64,000 bases of DNA, from the NCBI GenBank assembly GCA_038252255.1, contig JBBSAM010000005.1:94040-158039 (forward strand), read 5' to 3'. Positions 29,038 through 38,334 of this stretch are shown one piece after another. The notes beneath the pieces are model-generated. The model searched no databases and was not told the DNA's origin. It saw nothing but the letters and a program-made list of their open reading frames with translations. Positions within the stretch are counted from its first letter, which is position 1. The number at the start of each line of letters is the position of its first letter. The stretch comes from Acidimicrobiia bacterium. Its GTDB lineage: Bacteria; Actinomycetota; Acidimicrobiia; IMCC26256; JAENVU01. The translations under genes and the position numbers were made by a program.

Positions 29038-29825
29038 CCGTCGGCTTCAGCGCGACCGCGCCCGCGGTCGCGCACGTCTTCGTCGACGCTGAGACCGTCG
29101 ACCTCCACGACGACGGTGCGGTGACGGTCGACGGCGACGACGGGCACCATCTGCAACGCGTGCGGCGACTGCGGGTCGGCGAAGCAGTCACGGCGAGCGA
29201 CGGCCGAGGGTCGTGGCGCCTCTGCACGATCAGCGAGATCGGCGATGGTCGTGTGACCCTCACCCCGGCGGGGCCGATGACGCTCGAGCCGTCGTTGTCG
29301 CCACGGCTCACGGTCGCGTTCGCGCCCGCCAAGGGCGACCAGGCCGGTACCGTCGTGCACCAGCTGGTCGAGCTGGGCGTGGACCGGGTGATGCCGATCA
29401 CCCTCCGCCGATCGGTGGTGCGCTGGGACGAGTCCCGGGGGGACCGGGCCCGCGCCCGTCTGCGTCGCGTCGCCCGTGAGGCCGCGATGCAGTCCCGCCG
29501 GGCGCATCTTGCCGAGGTCGTGGAGGGCGAGCCGCTCGAGCTGCTCTGCCGCCATCCGGGCCTCGTCGTGGCCGATCCGGCCGGGACCGCGGCATCGGAG
29601 CTCGCTGCGCCACCGGGGGGCGAATGGCTCGTGATCGTCGGCCCCGAGGGCGGGTTCGACCCCTCCGAGTGCGCCGGCCTCGGGCCCGCGCCCCGGCTGG
29701 CGGTCGGCCCCTACGTGCTACGGGCCGTGACCGCGCCGGTGGCCGCCGCCGCCGCTTTGGTGGGGTTTCGGAGGGCGATCGCGGACACCCCTGGCGATTC
29801 GTCGCCTCTGGGCGAGTCGACCTAG
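29034..29825 (+). CDS. rsmE: 16S rRNA (uracil1498-N3)-methyltransferase RsmE
   Basis: It has a PUA-like N-terminus plus a SPOUT C-terminus ([10 protein letters not shown]). Its start overlaps the dnaJ stop. Confidence 0.85.
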   Translation: MTVGFSATAPAVAHVFVDAETVDLHDDGAVTVDGDDGHHLQRVRRLRVGEAVTASDGRGSWRLCTISEIGDGRVTLTPAGPMTLEPSLSPRLTVAFAPAKGDQAGTVVHQLVELGVDRVMPITLRRSVVRWDESRGDRARARLRRVAREAAMQSRRAHLAEVVEGEPLELLCRHPGLVVADPAGTAASELAAPPGGEWLVIVGPEGGFDPSECAGLGPAPRLAVGPYVLRAVTAPVAAAAALVGFRRAIADTPGDSSPLGEST

Positions 29826-29918
29826 ACGCGCTCAGCGCGCGAGATTGTCGACAAGCGGCGAGGTACGTGGGATAGTTTCGCCGGCCGGGGCGCACGAATA
29901 CGGGGGCAGCGGGAACCG

Positions 29919-30404
29919 ATGCATGGGGTCAACGTAGGCGAGCGGCTCCGGGCGATCCGTCGACAGAAGGGGCTTTCGCTCCACGACGTCGAAGCGCGAT
30001 CCGATCTCGAGTTCAAGGCGTCAGTCCTCGGCGCGTACGAGCGGGGGGAGCGCGCCATCTCCGTGCCGCGGTTGCTCCGCCTGGCCGAGATCTACGAGGT
30101 GCCGGCGGACCAGCTCCTGCCGCGCGACGCCGACATCGAGATCAACCTCACCGAAGGCACCGATCTCGATGCCGGTTTCACGATCGACCTCGTGAAGCTC
30201 CACGCCCTCGACGACCCCGAGGCCGCCGTCCTCTCGCGCTACGCCGCGACGATCCAGCTCCAGCGGCAGGACTTCAACGGTCGCCTGCTCACGATCCGGC
30301 GCGACGACCTGCGCGTGCTGGCCGCGGTGCTCGGTCGTCGGCCCGACGACCTGGGTGTGCGGCTCGACGAGCTCGGCCTGCGCGCCAGCACGACCACTGC
30401 GTAG
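29919..30404 (+). CDS. XRE-family helix-turn-helix transcriptional regulator
   Basis: It has the HTH_3 motif (GERLRAIRRQKGLSLHDVEARS...) plus a C-terminal domain of about 90 aa with unknown function. Confidence 0.75.
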   Translation: MHGVNVGERLRAIRRQKGLSLHDVEARSDLEFKASVLGAYERGERAISVPRLLRLAEIYEVPADQLLPRDADIEINLTEGTDLDAGFTIDLVKLHALDDPEAAVLSRYAATIQLQRQDFNGRLLTIRRDDLRVLAAVLGRRPDDLGVRLDELGLRASTTTA

Positions 30405-30457
30405 CGCAGCGTCTCTCGCGCTCCTCGCGCTCGCGCGACCGCTACCCTGATCTCGAC

Positions 30458-31420
30458 GTGACGCCAACGTCTTCGACTCAGGTCAAGATCCTCGTGCCGG
30501 GGAACCACCTCATGGTGGACCTACTGGGCCAACGCGACGAGCTGCTGCGGATCATCGAGGAAGCGTTCCCGGTGCACATTCTGGTCCGGGGCAACGAGAT
30601 CACCATCTCGGGTGAGCCGGCCGACTCCGAGTCCGTAGCGCGTCTGTTCGAGGAGCTCGTCGTGCTGCTCGAGCAGGGGCACACGCTGGACCGAGAGGGA
30701 ATAGGTCGGAGCATCGAGATGATGAAGTCGGATCAGATGCCGACCGCCGTGCTCTCGACCGAGGTGATGCGGGGCCGCAAGAGCGTGCGACCGAAGACCG
30801 CGGGGCAGAAGCGGTACGTCGACGCCGTCGCGACGCACACGATCACGTTCGGCATCGGTCCGGCCGGAACCGGCAAGAGCTACCTCGCGGTCGCGCTCGC
30901 GGTGCAGGCGCTTCAGGCCAAGGAAGTCCATCGCATCATCCTCACCCGACCCGCGGTAGAAGCGGGGGAACGGCTCGGGTTCCTACCCGGCGACATGCTG
31001 GCCAAGGTCGATCCGTACCTGCGTCCGCTGTACGACGCGCTCTACGACATGCTCGAGCCGGACGGGGTCGCGCGTCTGATGGAGCGTGGCGTGATCGAGG
31101 TCGCGCCACTCGCGTACATGCGCGGCCGGACGCTCAACGACTCCTTCATCATTCTCGACGAGGCGCAGAACACGACGGCCGAGCAGATGAAGATGTTCCT
31201 GACCCGACTCGGCTTCGGTTCCAAGGTCGTCGTCACCGGTGACGTGACCCAGATCGACCTGCCCGACGGACGGAGCCGCTCCGGGCTGCTCGCGGTGCGG
31301 GAGGTGCTCGAGGGGATCGACGGCCTGGCGTTCGTGGAGCTCGGCTCGCGTGACGTGGTCCGCCACAAGATCGTCCAGGACATCGTCGACGCCTACGAGC
31401 GGAACACTTCGCGACCGTGA
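30458..31420 (+). CDS. phoH: PhoH-like ATPase (YbeZ)
   Basis: It has Walker A GPAGTGKSYLA and the PhoH signature ILDEAQN. Synteny is with ybeY. Confidence 0.93.
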   Translation: MTPTSSTQVKILVPGNHLMVDLLGQRDELLRIIEEAFPVHILVRGNEITISGEPADSESVARLFEELVVLLEQGHTLDREGIGRSIEMMKSDQMPTAVLSTEVMRGRKSVRPKTAGQKRYVDAVATHTITFGIGPAGTGKSYLAVALAVQALQAKEVHRIILTRPAVEAGERLGFLPGDMLAKVDPYLRPLYDALYDMLEPDGVARLMERGVIEVAPLAYMRGRTLNDSFIILDEAQNTTAEQMKMFLTRLGFGSKVVVTGDVTQIDLPDGRSRSGLLAVREVLEGIDGLAFVELGSRDVVRHKIVQDIVDAYERNTSRP

Positions 31421-31558
31421 CGTCGGTGGGTGTGAAGCGGCGAGCGGCCCCAGGCCGGCACGCGGTCCAGCCTGGAGGGCTGCGAGCGTGACGTCGGTGG
31501 GTGTGAAGCGGCGAGCGGCCCCAGGCCGGCACGCGGTCCAGCCTGGAGGGCTGCGACC
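31417..31558 (+). repeat. Tandem duplication, 2 x 71 bp (70/71 identical), exactly at the phoH stop / ybeY start junction
   Basis: The units are 31417-31487 and 31488-31558. The 19-mer GCGA(C/G)CGTGACGTCGGTGG recurs at 31411, 31482 and 31553. Each unit encodes a 24-codon GTG...TGA mini-ORF (31417-31491, 31488-31562). Confidence 0.95.
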
Positions 31559-32074
31559 GTGACGTCGGTGGAGGTGTTCGGGGCGGATGAGCAGTCGGCG
31601 GTAGTGGTCGACGTCGTGCGGTGGATCCGGCTGGCCCGGCTCGTGCTGGCCGAGGAGCGGGTGCCGGGCGTCGCCGAGCTCTCGTTGATCTTCGTGGACC
31701 AGCAGTCGATCACGGACCTCAACGAGCGGTTCCTCGGCGGGACCGGTCCCACGGACGTTCTGGCCTTCCCGATGGACGACGACGTCGTGCTCGGGGGGCG
31801 CCAGCCGGACCAGGGCGGCCGGGGTCCCGGGGCGCCGGCAGAGGCGGGGGAGCCCCCCAGCCTGATCGGCGATGTCGTGATCTGCCCCCAGGTCGCGGCG
31901 GAGCAGGCACCGGAGCACGGATGGGGCACCGATGACGAGATCGCCCTCCTCGTCGTCCACGGTGTGCTGCATCTGCTCAACTATGACCATGCCGATCCGC
32001 GTGAGCATGCGGCGATGCAGCGGAGAGAGCGCGAGCTGCTCGCCCGCTTCCGCGAGCTCGAGCAGGGGGACTGA
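31559..32074 (+). CDS. ybeY: rRNA maturation endoribonuclease YbeY
   Basis: It has the HGVLHLLNYDH zinc-binding motif and is 171 aa. Confidence 0.93.
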   Translation: MTSVEVFGADEQSAVVVDVVRWIRLARLVLAEERVPGVAELSLIFVDQQSITDLNERFLGGTGPTDVLAFPMDDDVVLGGRQPDQGGRGPGAPAEAGEPPSLIGDVVICPQVAAEQAPEHGWGTDDEIALLVVHGVLHLLNYDHADPREHAAMQRRERELLARFRELEQGD

Positions 32075-32133
32075 CCACTGAGCACCGGTCCGCTGCCAAG
32101 TCCCGTGCCCCATCCGGCCAGTAGGGAAGCCAA

Positions 32134-33450
32134 GTGAGCGGAGCAGACTGGGCGATCCTCGTCGCAGTCATCGTGCTGTTCCTGGTGTCGATCGTCCTCG
32201 CGATGGCCGAGACCGCGTTCACGCGCATGAGCCGCATCCGCGCCCTCTCGCTCGAGGAAGAGGGCAAGAAGGGTGCCCGACGGCTCGCGCAGATGCTCGA
32301 GAAGCCCGAGCAGACCCTCAATGTGGTGCTGCTGCTCGTCCTGGTCTCGCAGCTGACCAGCGCGTCGCTGCTCGGTGCGCTCCTCGAGCGCTCGTTCGGC
32401 AGTGCCGGATTGTTCGCCGGCCTCGTGATCCAGATCGTCGTGTACTTCGTGATCGGCGAGGTCGCGCCGAAGACGTACGCGATCCAGAACCCGGACCGCG
32501 CCGCGTTGCGCGTCTCCGGGTTCCTCTGGGCCGTGACCAACTTCCCACCGCTGCGCCTGCTCTCACGCGGCTTGATCGGCCTCGCCAACGTCATGCTGCC
32601 GGGCAAGGGCTTGAAGCAGGGCCCGTTCGTCACCGAGGAGGATCTGCGCACGATGGCGGACGTCGCCGCCGACGAGATGGAGATCGAGCGGGAGGAGCGC
32701 CGTCTCATCCATTCGATCTTCGAATTCGGTGACACCGTCACGCACGAAGTGATGCGTCCACGGCCGGACATGGTCGCGATCGACTGCAACGAGACCGTCG
32801 AGGCGGGGATCGAGACCGCGATCGAAGGTGGGTTCTCACGTATCCCCTGCTACGAGGACGACACCGACAACATCATCGGGATCGTGTACCTGAAGGACCT
32901 CGTGCACCGATCCCGAGAGGGCGGTGGCAACGACCCGGTCCGCGTCGCCGTGCGCGACGCCGTGTTCGTCCCGGAGTCGAAGCGGGTGGCGGAGCTCCTG
33001 CGCGAGATGCGCACGCAGAAGTTCCACATGGCGATCGTCGTCGACGAGCACGGCGGCACCGCGGGCCTGGTGACGCTCGAGGACCTGCTCGAGGAGATCG
33101 TCGGCGAGATCGTGGACGAGTACGACACCGAGGAGCCCGGCGTCGAGCCGCTCGCGGGCGGCGGCATCCGGGCGCCGGGGCGCACGCCGATCGACGAGGT
33201 GAACGAGGTGCTCGGGGTCGAGCTCCCCGACACCGAGTGGGACACGGTCGGCGGGCTCGTCTTCAACCTGCTCGGCCACGTGCCCGAAGCCGGTGAGACC
33301 GTGAAGTTCCAAGGCCTGGAGTTCCGCACCGAACGGGTCGAGGGACGGCGGATCGCGTCCGTGGCGATCATCCCCGTGGCCGGCAACGGGAAACGCGTCG
33401 AGGGCAGCCCGGACCAGGCCGAGCCCCAACGCGCCGCCGGCCACCAGTAG
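32134..33450 (+). CDS. Hemolysin/CorC/TlyC family protein (DUF21-CBS-CorC_HlyC)
   Basis: It has an N-terminal DUF21 membrane domain, a CBS pair and a CorC_HlyC C-terminus. It sits in the conserved position between ybeY and era. Confidence 0.88.
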   Translation: MSGADWAILVAVIVLFLVSIVLAMAETAFTRMSRIRALSLEEEGKKGARRLAQMLEKPEQTLNVVLLLVLVSQLTSASLLGALLERSFGSAGLFAGLVIQIVVYFVIGEVAPKTYAIQNPDRAALRVSGFLWAVTNFPPLRLLSRGLIGLANVMLPGKGLKQGPFVTEEDLRTMADVAADEMEIEREERRLIHSIFEFGDTVTHEVMRPRPDMVAIDCNETVEAGIETAIEGGFSRIPCYEDDTDNIIGIVYLKDLVHRSREGGGNDPVRVAVRDAVFVPESKRVAELLREMRTQKFHMAIVVDEHGGTAGLVTLEDLLEEIVGEIVDEYDTEEPGVEPLAGGGIRAPGRTPIDEVNEVLGVELPDTEWDTVGGLVFNLLGHVPEAGETVKFQGLEFRTERVEGRRIASVAIIPVAGNGKRVEGSPDQAEPQRAAGHQ

Positions 33451-33457
33451 CGCTGCG

Positions 33458-34366
33458 ATGACCGAGCGCGAGTTCCGGTCGGGTTTCGTCAGCCTCGTGG
33501 GCCGGCCGAACGTGGGGAAGTCCACGCTCGTCAACCAGATCGTCGGGTCGAAGGTCTCGATCGTCTCCAGCCGGCCGCAGACGACGCGCACGCAGATTCG
33601 CGGCGTGCGCACCACCGCCGAGTCGCAGATCGTGCTGCTCGACACCCCGGGGATCCACAAGCCGCGCACGCTGCTCGGCGAACGGTGCAACAGCCGCTCC
33701 GTGCAGACGCTCGCGGAGGTGGATGTCGTGTGCCTCGTGGTCGAGGCGAACGCGGTGATCGGTGGGGGTGACCGGTTCATCTCCGAGCTCGTGCACCAGG
33801 TCCGCACCCCGAGCGTGCTCGTCCTGAACAAGATCGACGTCGCGAGCCACGCCGACGTCGCCGACCATCTCGGGCAGGTGACGGCCGAGCTGGGGGACTT
33901 CGAGGCGTTCGTCCCGCTCTCGGCCCGCACCGGTGAGGGCGTGCCCGCGCTCGTGGCCGAGCTCGAGGCCCGGCTCCCACCGGGTCCGGTGTACTACCCG
34001 GACGGGATCGTGAGCGACCAGCCCGAGACGTCGCTCGTAGCCGAGCTCGTGCGCGAGAAGCTCCTCGCGATCGCTCGCGACGAGCTGCCGCACTCGATCG
34101 TGGTGACGGCCGAGCCGCTCGACGAGGAGGGACCGGACGCGGGGGACGACGACATCCTGCGCTACCGGGTCGTCGTGCGGGTCGAGCGGGACTCCCAGAA
34201 GGGGATCGTGATCGGGAAGGGCGGGACGGTCATCCGCGACGCCGGCACGAAGGCCCGCCAGGAGCTCGAGATCCTCCTCGGCGCCAAGGTCTATCTGGAG
34301 ACCAAGGTCCGGGTGGATCCGGACTGGCAGCGCCGGGCCCACTCTCTCGACCGGCTCGGCTTGTAG
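33458..34366 (+). CDS. era: GTPase Era
   Basis: It has G1 GRPNVGKST, DTPG, NKID, and a KH C-terminal domain. Confidence 0.96.
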   Translation: MTEREFRSGFVSLVGRPNVGKSTLVNQIVGSKVSIVSSRPQTTRTQIRGVRTTAESQIVLLDTPGIHKPRTLLGERCNSRSVQTLAEVDVVCLVVEANAVIGGGDRFISELVHQVRTPSVLVLNKIDVASHADVADHLGQVTAELGDFEAFVPLSARTGEGVPALVAELEARLPPGPVYYPDGIVSDQPETSLVAELVREKLLAIARDELPHSIVVTAEPLDEEGPDAGDDDILRYRVVVRVERDSQKGIVIGKGGTVIRDAGTKARQELEILLGAKVYLETKVRVDPDWQRRAHSLDRLGL

Positions 34367-34486
34367 ACCTTGGCCCCAGAGTTGCCGCTCGCGAATCGGC
34401 CGGGGATAGAGTCGCCCGGCGCGCGTTCGGGGGTCGTTTCGGGGGGCCCTTCAGCTCCCGGCTCCGGTCCGCATAGGGAAGAGGGC

Positions 34487-35581
34487 ATGACGGATCCGCA
34501 GATCGGGAGACGCCTTCGACTGGCCGGTCTCCTCGTCGGCGCCGCCGCCGTCCTCACTGCCTGTGGGAACGACAACGGCCAGAATTCGCTCGATCCCAAA
34601 GGCCCCGCGGCCCAGAAGATCGACAACCTCTTCATCCCGATCCTGATCCTCGCCATCGTCATCGGGGTCGCGGTCATCACTGCGACCGTGGTCTTCGCCC
34701 TCAAGTTCCGCCACCGTGAGGGGAAGCCGGACAACCCGAAGCAGATCCACGGCAGCACACCGCTCGAGATCGGCTGGACGATCGTGCCGGCGCTGATCCT
34801 CGCCGTCGTCGCGGTCCCGACGATCGCCACGATCTTCGACCTCGCGAAGGTGCCGAAGGGTCCCCACGTCCTGCAGGTCCAGGTGGACGGCAAGCAGTGG
34901 TGGTGGCAGTTCCAGCTGCCGAAGCAGCCGATGGTCGACAAGAAGGTCGTCACCAGCACCGAGCTCCACATCCCGATCAAGACGAAGGTGTACCTGTCCG
35001 AGCAGTCGGACAACGTGATCCACTCGTTCTGGGTACCGGAGCTCGCCGGCAAGAAGGACGTCGTGCCGAATCACGACAACCACAACACGATCGAGGCCGA
35101 CAAGCCGGGCACGTTCCTCGGCGCGTGCGCGGAGTACTGCGGTCTTTCGCACGCCGACATGCGGTTCCGCGTCATCGCGCAGACGATGGACGACTGGAAG
35201 GCGTGGTTGGCCAGCGAGCAACAAGGCCCGGCTCAACCGTGGTCCGGCGAGATCAAGGACCTCACCGCCACGAAGTACTCGTGTACCCAATGCCACGTCT
35301 TCGACGACTCGACGAAGGACACGGGCCGCCCGAACCTCACGCACCTGGCCAGCCGCTCCACGTTCGCCGGTGGTACGTACACCGTGAACCGCAAGAACCT
35401 CACCAACTGGGTGATGGACGCGCCGTCGATGATCGCGATGGAGTCGCAGAAGTGCCGTCAGCCACCGGAGACGCCGTGCGTCGGCATGCCGTCGTTCACC
35501 AAGAACACGCCGAAGGGTCAACCCGTGATGACGCGAGCGGATGCGGACACGATCGTGACGTACCTGTTGGGAGAGAAGTAG
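34487..35581 (+). CDS. ctaC: Cytochrome c oxidase subunit II with fused C-terminal cytochrome c domain (caa3-type), lipoprotein signal
   Basis: ATG 34487 follows GGGAAGAGGG. It has the lipobox LTAC, the CuA site CAEYCGLSHADM, and the heme-c motif CTQCH. Confidence 0.9.
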   Translation: MTDPQIGRRLRLAGLLVGAAAVLTACGNDNGQNSLDPKGPAAQKIDNLFIPILILAIVIGVAVITATVVFALKFRHREGKPDNPKQIHGSTPLEIGWTIVPALILAVVAVPTIATIFDLAKVPKGPHVLQVQVDGKQWWWQFQLPKQPMVDKKVVTSTELHIPIKTKVYLSEQSDNVIHSFWVPELAGKKDVVPNHDNHNTIEADKPGTFLGACAEYCGLSHADMRFRVIAQTMDDWKAWLASEQQGPAQPWSGEIKDLTATKYSCTQCHVFDDSTKDTGRPNLTHLASRSTFAGGTYTVNRKNLTNWVMDAPSMIAMESQKCRQPPETPCVGMPSFTKNTPKGQPVMTRADADTIVTYLLGEK

Positions 35582-35600
35582 TGACGAAGGGAGCTCGCCG

Positions 35601-37592
35601 ATGACGGCCGTCCCCGAAGTCCTGGCCCCGCCCCGTCCGCGCCGGCTGGATCTCCTCCACCGGCCGACGCGAACAACTGGGTTCTGGTCGTGGTGGACGA
35701 CGGTCGACCACAAGAAGATCGCGATCCTCTACGGGGGGACCGCCCTCATCTTCTTCCTGATCGCGGGCATCGAGGCGCTGCTGATCCGCCTCCAGCTGGC
35801 CGGGCCGAACGGCACCGTCCTGACCCAGTCGCAGTACAACACGCTGTTCACCATGCACGGGACCACGATGGTCTTCCTCGTGGGAATGCCGCTCGCCGTT
35901 GCGTTCGGCAACTACTTCATCCCGCTGATGATCGGTGCGCGCGACGTCGCGTTCCCCCGGCTGAACATGTTCGGCTTCTGGGCGTTCCTGATCGGGGGCC
36001 TGTTCATCTACTCCGGCTTCGTGCTCGGCGGGGCGCCGAACGGCGGCTGGTTCGGCTACACGCCGCTCACGAGCACCCCGATGAGCCAGGGTGCGCTGCC
36101 CGGCCACGGTCCCGACTTCTGGACCGTCGGGCTGGTGATGCTCGGGTTCGGGTCGGTCACCTCCGGCATCAACTTCATCGTGACGATCCTGAACATGCGC
36201 GCGCCCGGCATGACGCTGATGCGGATGCCCGTGTTCGTGTGGATGATGCTCGTCACCGCGTTCCTGACCGTGTTCGCGATCCCGTGCGTGACCGCGGCCT
36301 TGATCATGGTCTTCTTCGACCGCAACTTCAGCACGAACTTCTTCCTGGCGGCCAACGGCGGTGACCCGTTGCTGTACCAGCATCTCTTCTGGCTGTTCGG
36401 CCACCCCGAGGTGTACATCCTGATCCTGCCGGGCATGGGCATCATCTCCGAGATCCTCCCGGTCTTCGCGCGCAAGCCGCTGTTCGGCTACGCGGTCGTG
36501 GTGTTCTCCGGGATCGCGATCGGGTTCCTCGGCTGGGGTGTGTGGGCGCACCACATGTTCGCGACCGGTCTCGGTCCCGTTGCCGTCTCCGCGTTCAGCC
36601 TGGCGACGATGCTCATCGCCATCCCGACCGGCGTGAAGATCTTCAACTGGCTCGGCACCGTCTGGGGCGGGTCGGTGCGCCTGAAGACCCCGATGCTCTT
36701 CGCGCTCGGGTTCATCGCGATGTTCACGATCGGTGGGCTCTCCGGTGTCACCCACTCGATCGTGCCGGCCGACACGCAGCAGACCGACACGTACTACGTG
36801 GTGGCGCACTTCCACTACGTGCTCTTCGGCGGACTGATCTTCGCGATCTTCGGCGGCTTCTACTACTGGTGGCCGAAGATCTTCGGCAAGATGCTCGACG
36901 AGCGGCTGGGCAAGCTGAACTTCTGGCTCATGCTCATCGGGTTCAACGTCACGTTCTTCCCGATGCACCTGCTGGGCCTCGAAGGTCAGCCGCGCCGCAC
37001 GTACACCTACGCCAAGGGCATGGGCTGGGACAACATCAACCTGCTGGTCTCGATCGGGTCGTTCATCATCGCCGCCTCGGTGCTGGTGTTCCTCGTCAAC
37101 GTGGTCCTCACGACCATTCGGGGCGAGCGAGCGCCGGCCGACCCGTGGGACGGCCGCACACTCGAGTGGTCGATCCCCACGCCGGTGCCCGAGTACAACT
37201 TCGCCGAGATCCCGGTGGTCCACGCCCGTGACGACTTCTGGGCCCGCAAGTACACCGAGGACGACCAGGGCCGCCTGGTGCGGTTGCCCGCAGGTGGCTC
37301 GGACAGCGGCACGACGGGTGCGGTCGCGGTAGCCGAGATCGAGCCGGACTCGGACTCCGGCGCCGGTGAGGGCGGCGACCTCGGTGGGCACGGCGAAGAG
37401 CCCGGTGGGACCGGTGGCCACGGCTTCCACATGCCGTCACCGTCCTTCTACCCGCTCATCCTCACCCTCGGTCTCCCGATCCTCGGGTACGCCGCGGTGT
37501 TCAAGAGCCCCTTCCTCGCGATCCCCGGGTTCATCGTCCTGCTGTTCGGCATGTACGGCTGGGCCATCGAGCCCGGCACGGCGGAGGACTGA
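35601..37592 (+). CDS. ctaD: Cytochrome c oxidase subunit I (with C-terminal two-helix extension)
   Basis: It has typical heme-copper oxidase sequence (WFFGHPEVYILILP-type: LFWLFGHPEVYILILPGMG). It is 663 aa. A Gly/Asp/Ser linker is followed by an extra hydrophobic module. Confidence 0.95.
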   Translation: MTAVPEVLAPPRPRRLDLLHRPTRTTGFWSWWTTVDHKKIAILYGGTALIFFLIAGIEALLIRLQLAGPNGTVLTQSQYNTLFTMHGTTMVFLVGMPLAVAFGNYFIPLMIGARDVAFPRLNMFGFWAFLIGGLFIYSGFVLGGAPNGGWFGYTPLTSTPMSQGALPGHGPDFWTVGLVMLGFGSVTSGINFIVTILNMRAPGMTLMRMPVFVWMMLVTAFLTVFAIPCVTAALIMVFFDRNFSTNFFLAANGGDPLLYQHLFWLFGHPEVYILILPGMGIISEILPVFARKPLFGYAVVVFSGIAIGFLGWGVWAHHMFATGLGPVAVSAFSLATMLIAIPTGVKIFNWLGTVWGGSVRLKTPMLFALGFIAMFTIGGLSGVTHSIVPADTQQTDTYYVVAHFHYVLFGGLIFAIFGGFYYWWPKIFGKMLDERLGKLNFWLMLIGFNVTFFPMHLLGLEGQPRRTYTYAKGMGWDNINLLVSIGSFIIAASVLVFLVNVVLTTIRGERAPADPWDGRTLEWSIPTPVPEYNFAEIPVVHARDDFWARKYTEDDQGRLVRLPAGGSDSGTTGAVAVAEIEPDSDSGAGEGGDLGGHGEEPGGTGGHGFHMPSPSFYPLILTLGLPILGYAAVFKSPFLAIPGFIVLLFGMYGWAIEPGTAED

Positions 37593-37595
37593 TCC

Positions 37596-38231
37596 ATGGC
37601 GCAGGCCACTCTCCCTGTCCCGAGCGGTTCGCAGCACGACGACCACGGCCACGGGCACGGTCACCCGGAAACGACGACGGGCACCACGAACACCAAGCTC
37701 GCGATGTGGGTGTTCCTCTCTTCCGAGTGCCTGTTCTTCGGTGCCTTCATCGCGACGTACCTGCTGTACCGCGGTCGGAGCTTGAAGGGCCCGACCCCGA
37801 AGGACGTCTACAACATCCCGTTCACCTCGGTGACGTCGTTCATCCTGCTGATGAGCTCGCTGACGATGGTGCTCGCGCTGGCCGCGATCCAGCGCGGCGA
37901 CCACCGGCGGTTCCGCGTCTGGCTCATCGCCACCGCGCTCTTCGGCCTCACCTTCATCTCCGGTCAGATCTACGAGTTCACGGAGTTCTACCGCGAGGGC
38001 CTCTCCCTCTCCACGAACACGTTCGGCTCGAGCTTCTTCGTCCTCACCGGAATCCACGGCATGCACGTGACCGTCGGCATCATCTGGCTCCTGTCCCTGT
38101 GGGGCCTCTCGATGCAGGGCAAGATCGAGGTGCAGCACTCCGAGAAGGTGGAGATCGCGGGCCTCTACTGGCACTTCGTGGACGTGGTGTGGATCGTGAT
38201 CTTCACCGTCGTCTACCTGATCCCGGCGTAG
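37596..38231 (+). CDS. ctaE: Cytochrome c oxidase subunit III
   Basis: It is 211 aa with 5 TM segments and subunit III-like sequence (FFVLTGIHGMHV, YWHFVDVVW). Confidence 0.92.
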   Translation: MAQATLPVPSGSQHDDHGHGHGHPETTTGTTNTKLAMWVFLSSECLFFGAFIATYLLYRGRSLKGPTPKDVYNIPFTSVTSFILLMSSLTMVLALAAIQRGDHRRFRVWLIATALFGLTFISGQIYEFTEFYREGLSLSTNTFGSSFFVLTGIHGMHVTVGIIWLLSLWGLSMQGKIEVQHSEKVEIAGLYWHFVDVVWIVIFTVVYLIPA

Positions 38232-38238
38232 GGGAGTC

Positions 38239-38334
38239 ATGAGCGCAGCGGGAACATCAAGCGGCTACGGCCGAGGAACCAGCGGAGCGTGGCCCGAGCG
38301 GCCCGGGCCGCAGGGCCGAGAGCGGGAGTCATGA
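38239..38334 (+). CDS. 31-codon mini-ORF / leader element, copy A (MSAAGTSSGYGRGTSGAWPERPGPQGRERES)
   Basis: ATG 38239 follows GGGGAG. Its TGA overlaps the next gene's ATG (ATGA). The 3' 54 nt are 47/54 identical to 44661-44714. Coding status is unproven. Confidence 0.35.
   Translation: MSAAGTSSGYGRGTSGAWPERPGPQGRERES

Noticed and set aside
31417-31558. Whether the 71-bp repeats could be a mini CRISPR array. The same question applies to the 13-bp array at 14161-14238.
   Set aside because: The repeat units are directly contiguous with no unique spacers. The unit sizes do not fit CRISPR repeats, and there are no cas genes.
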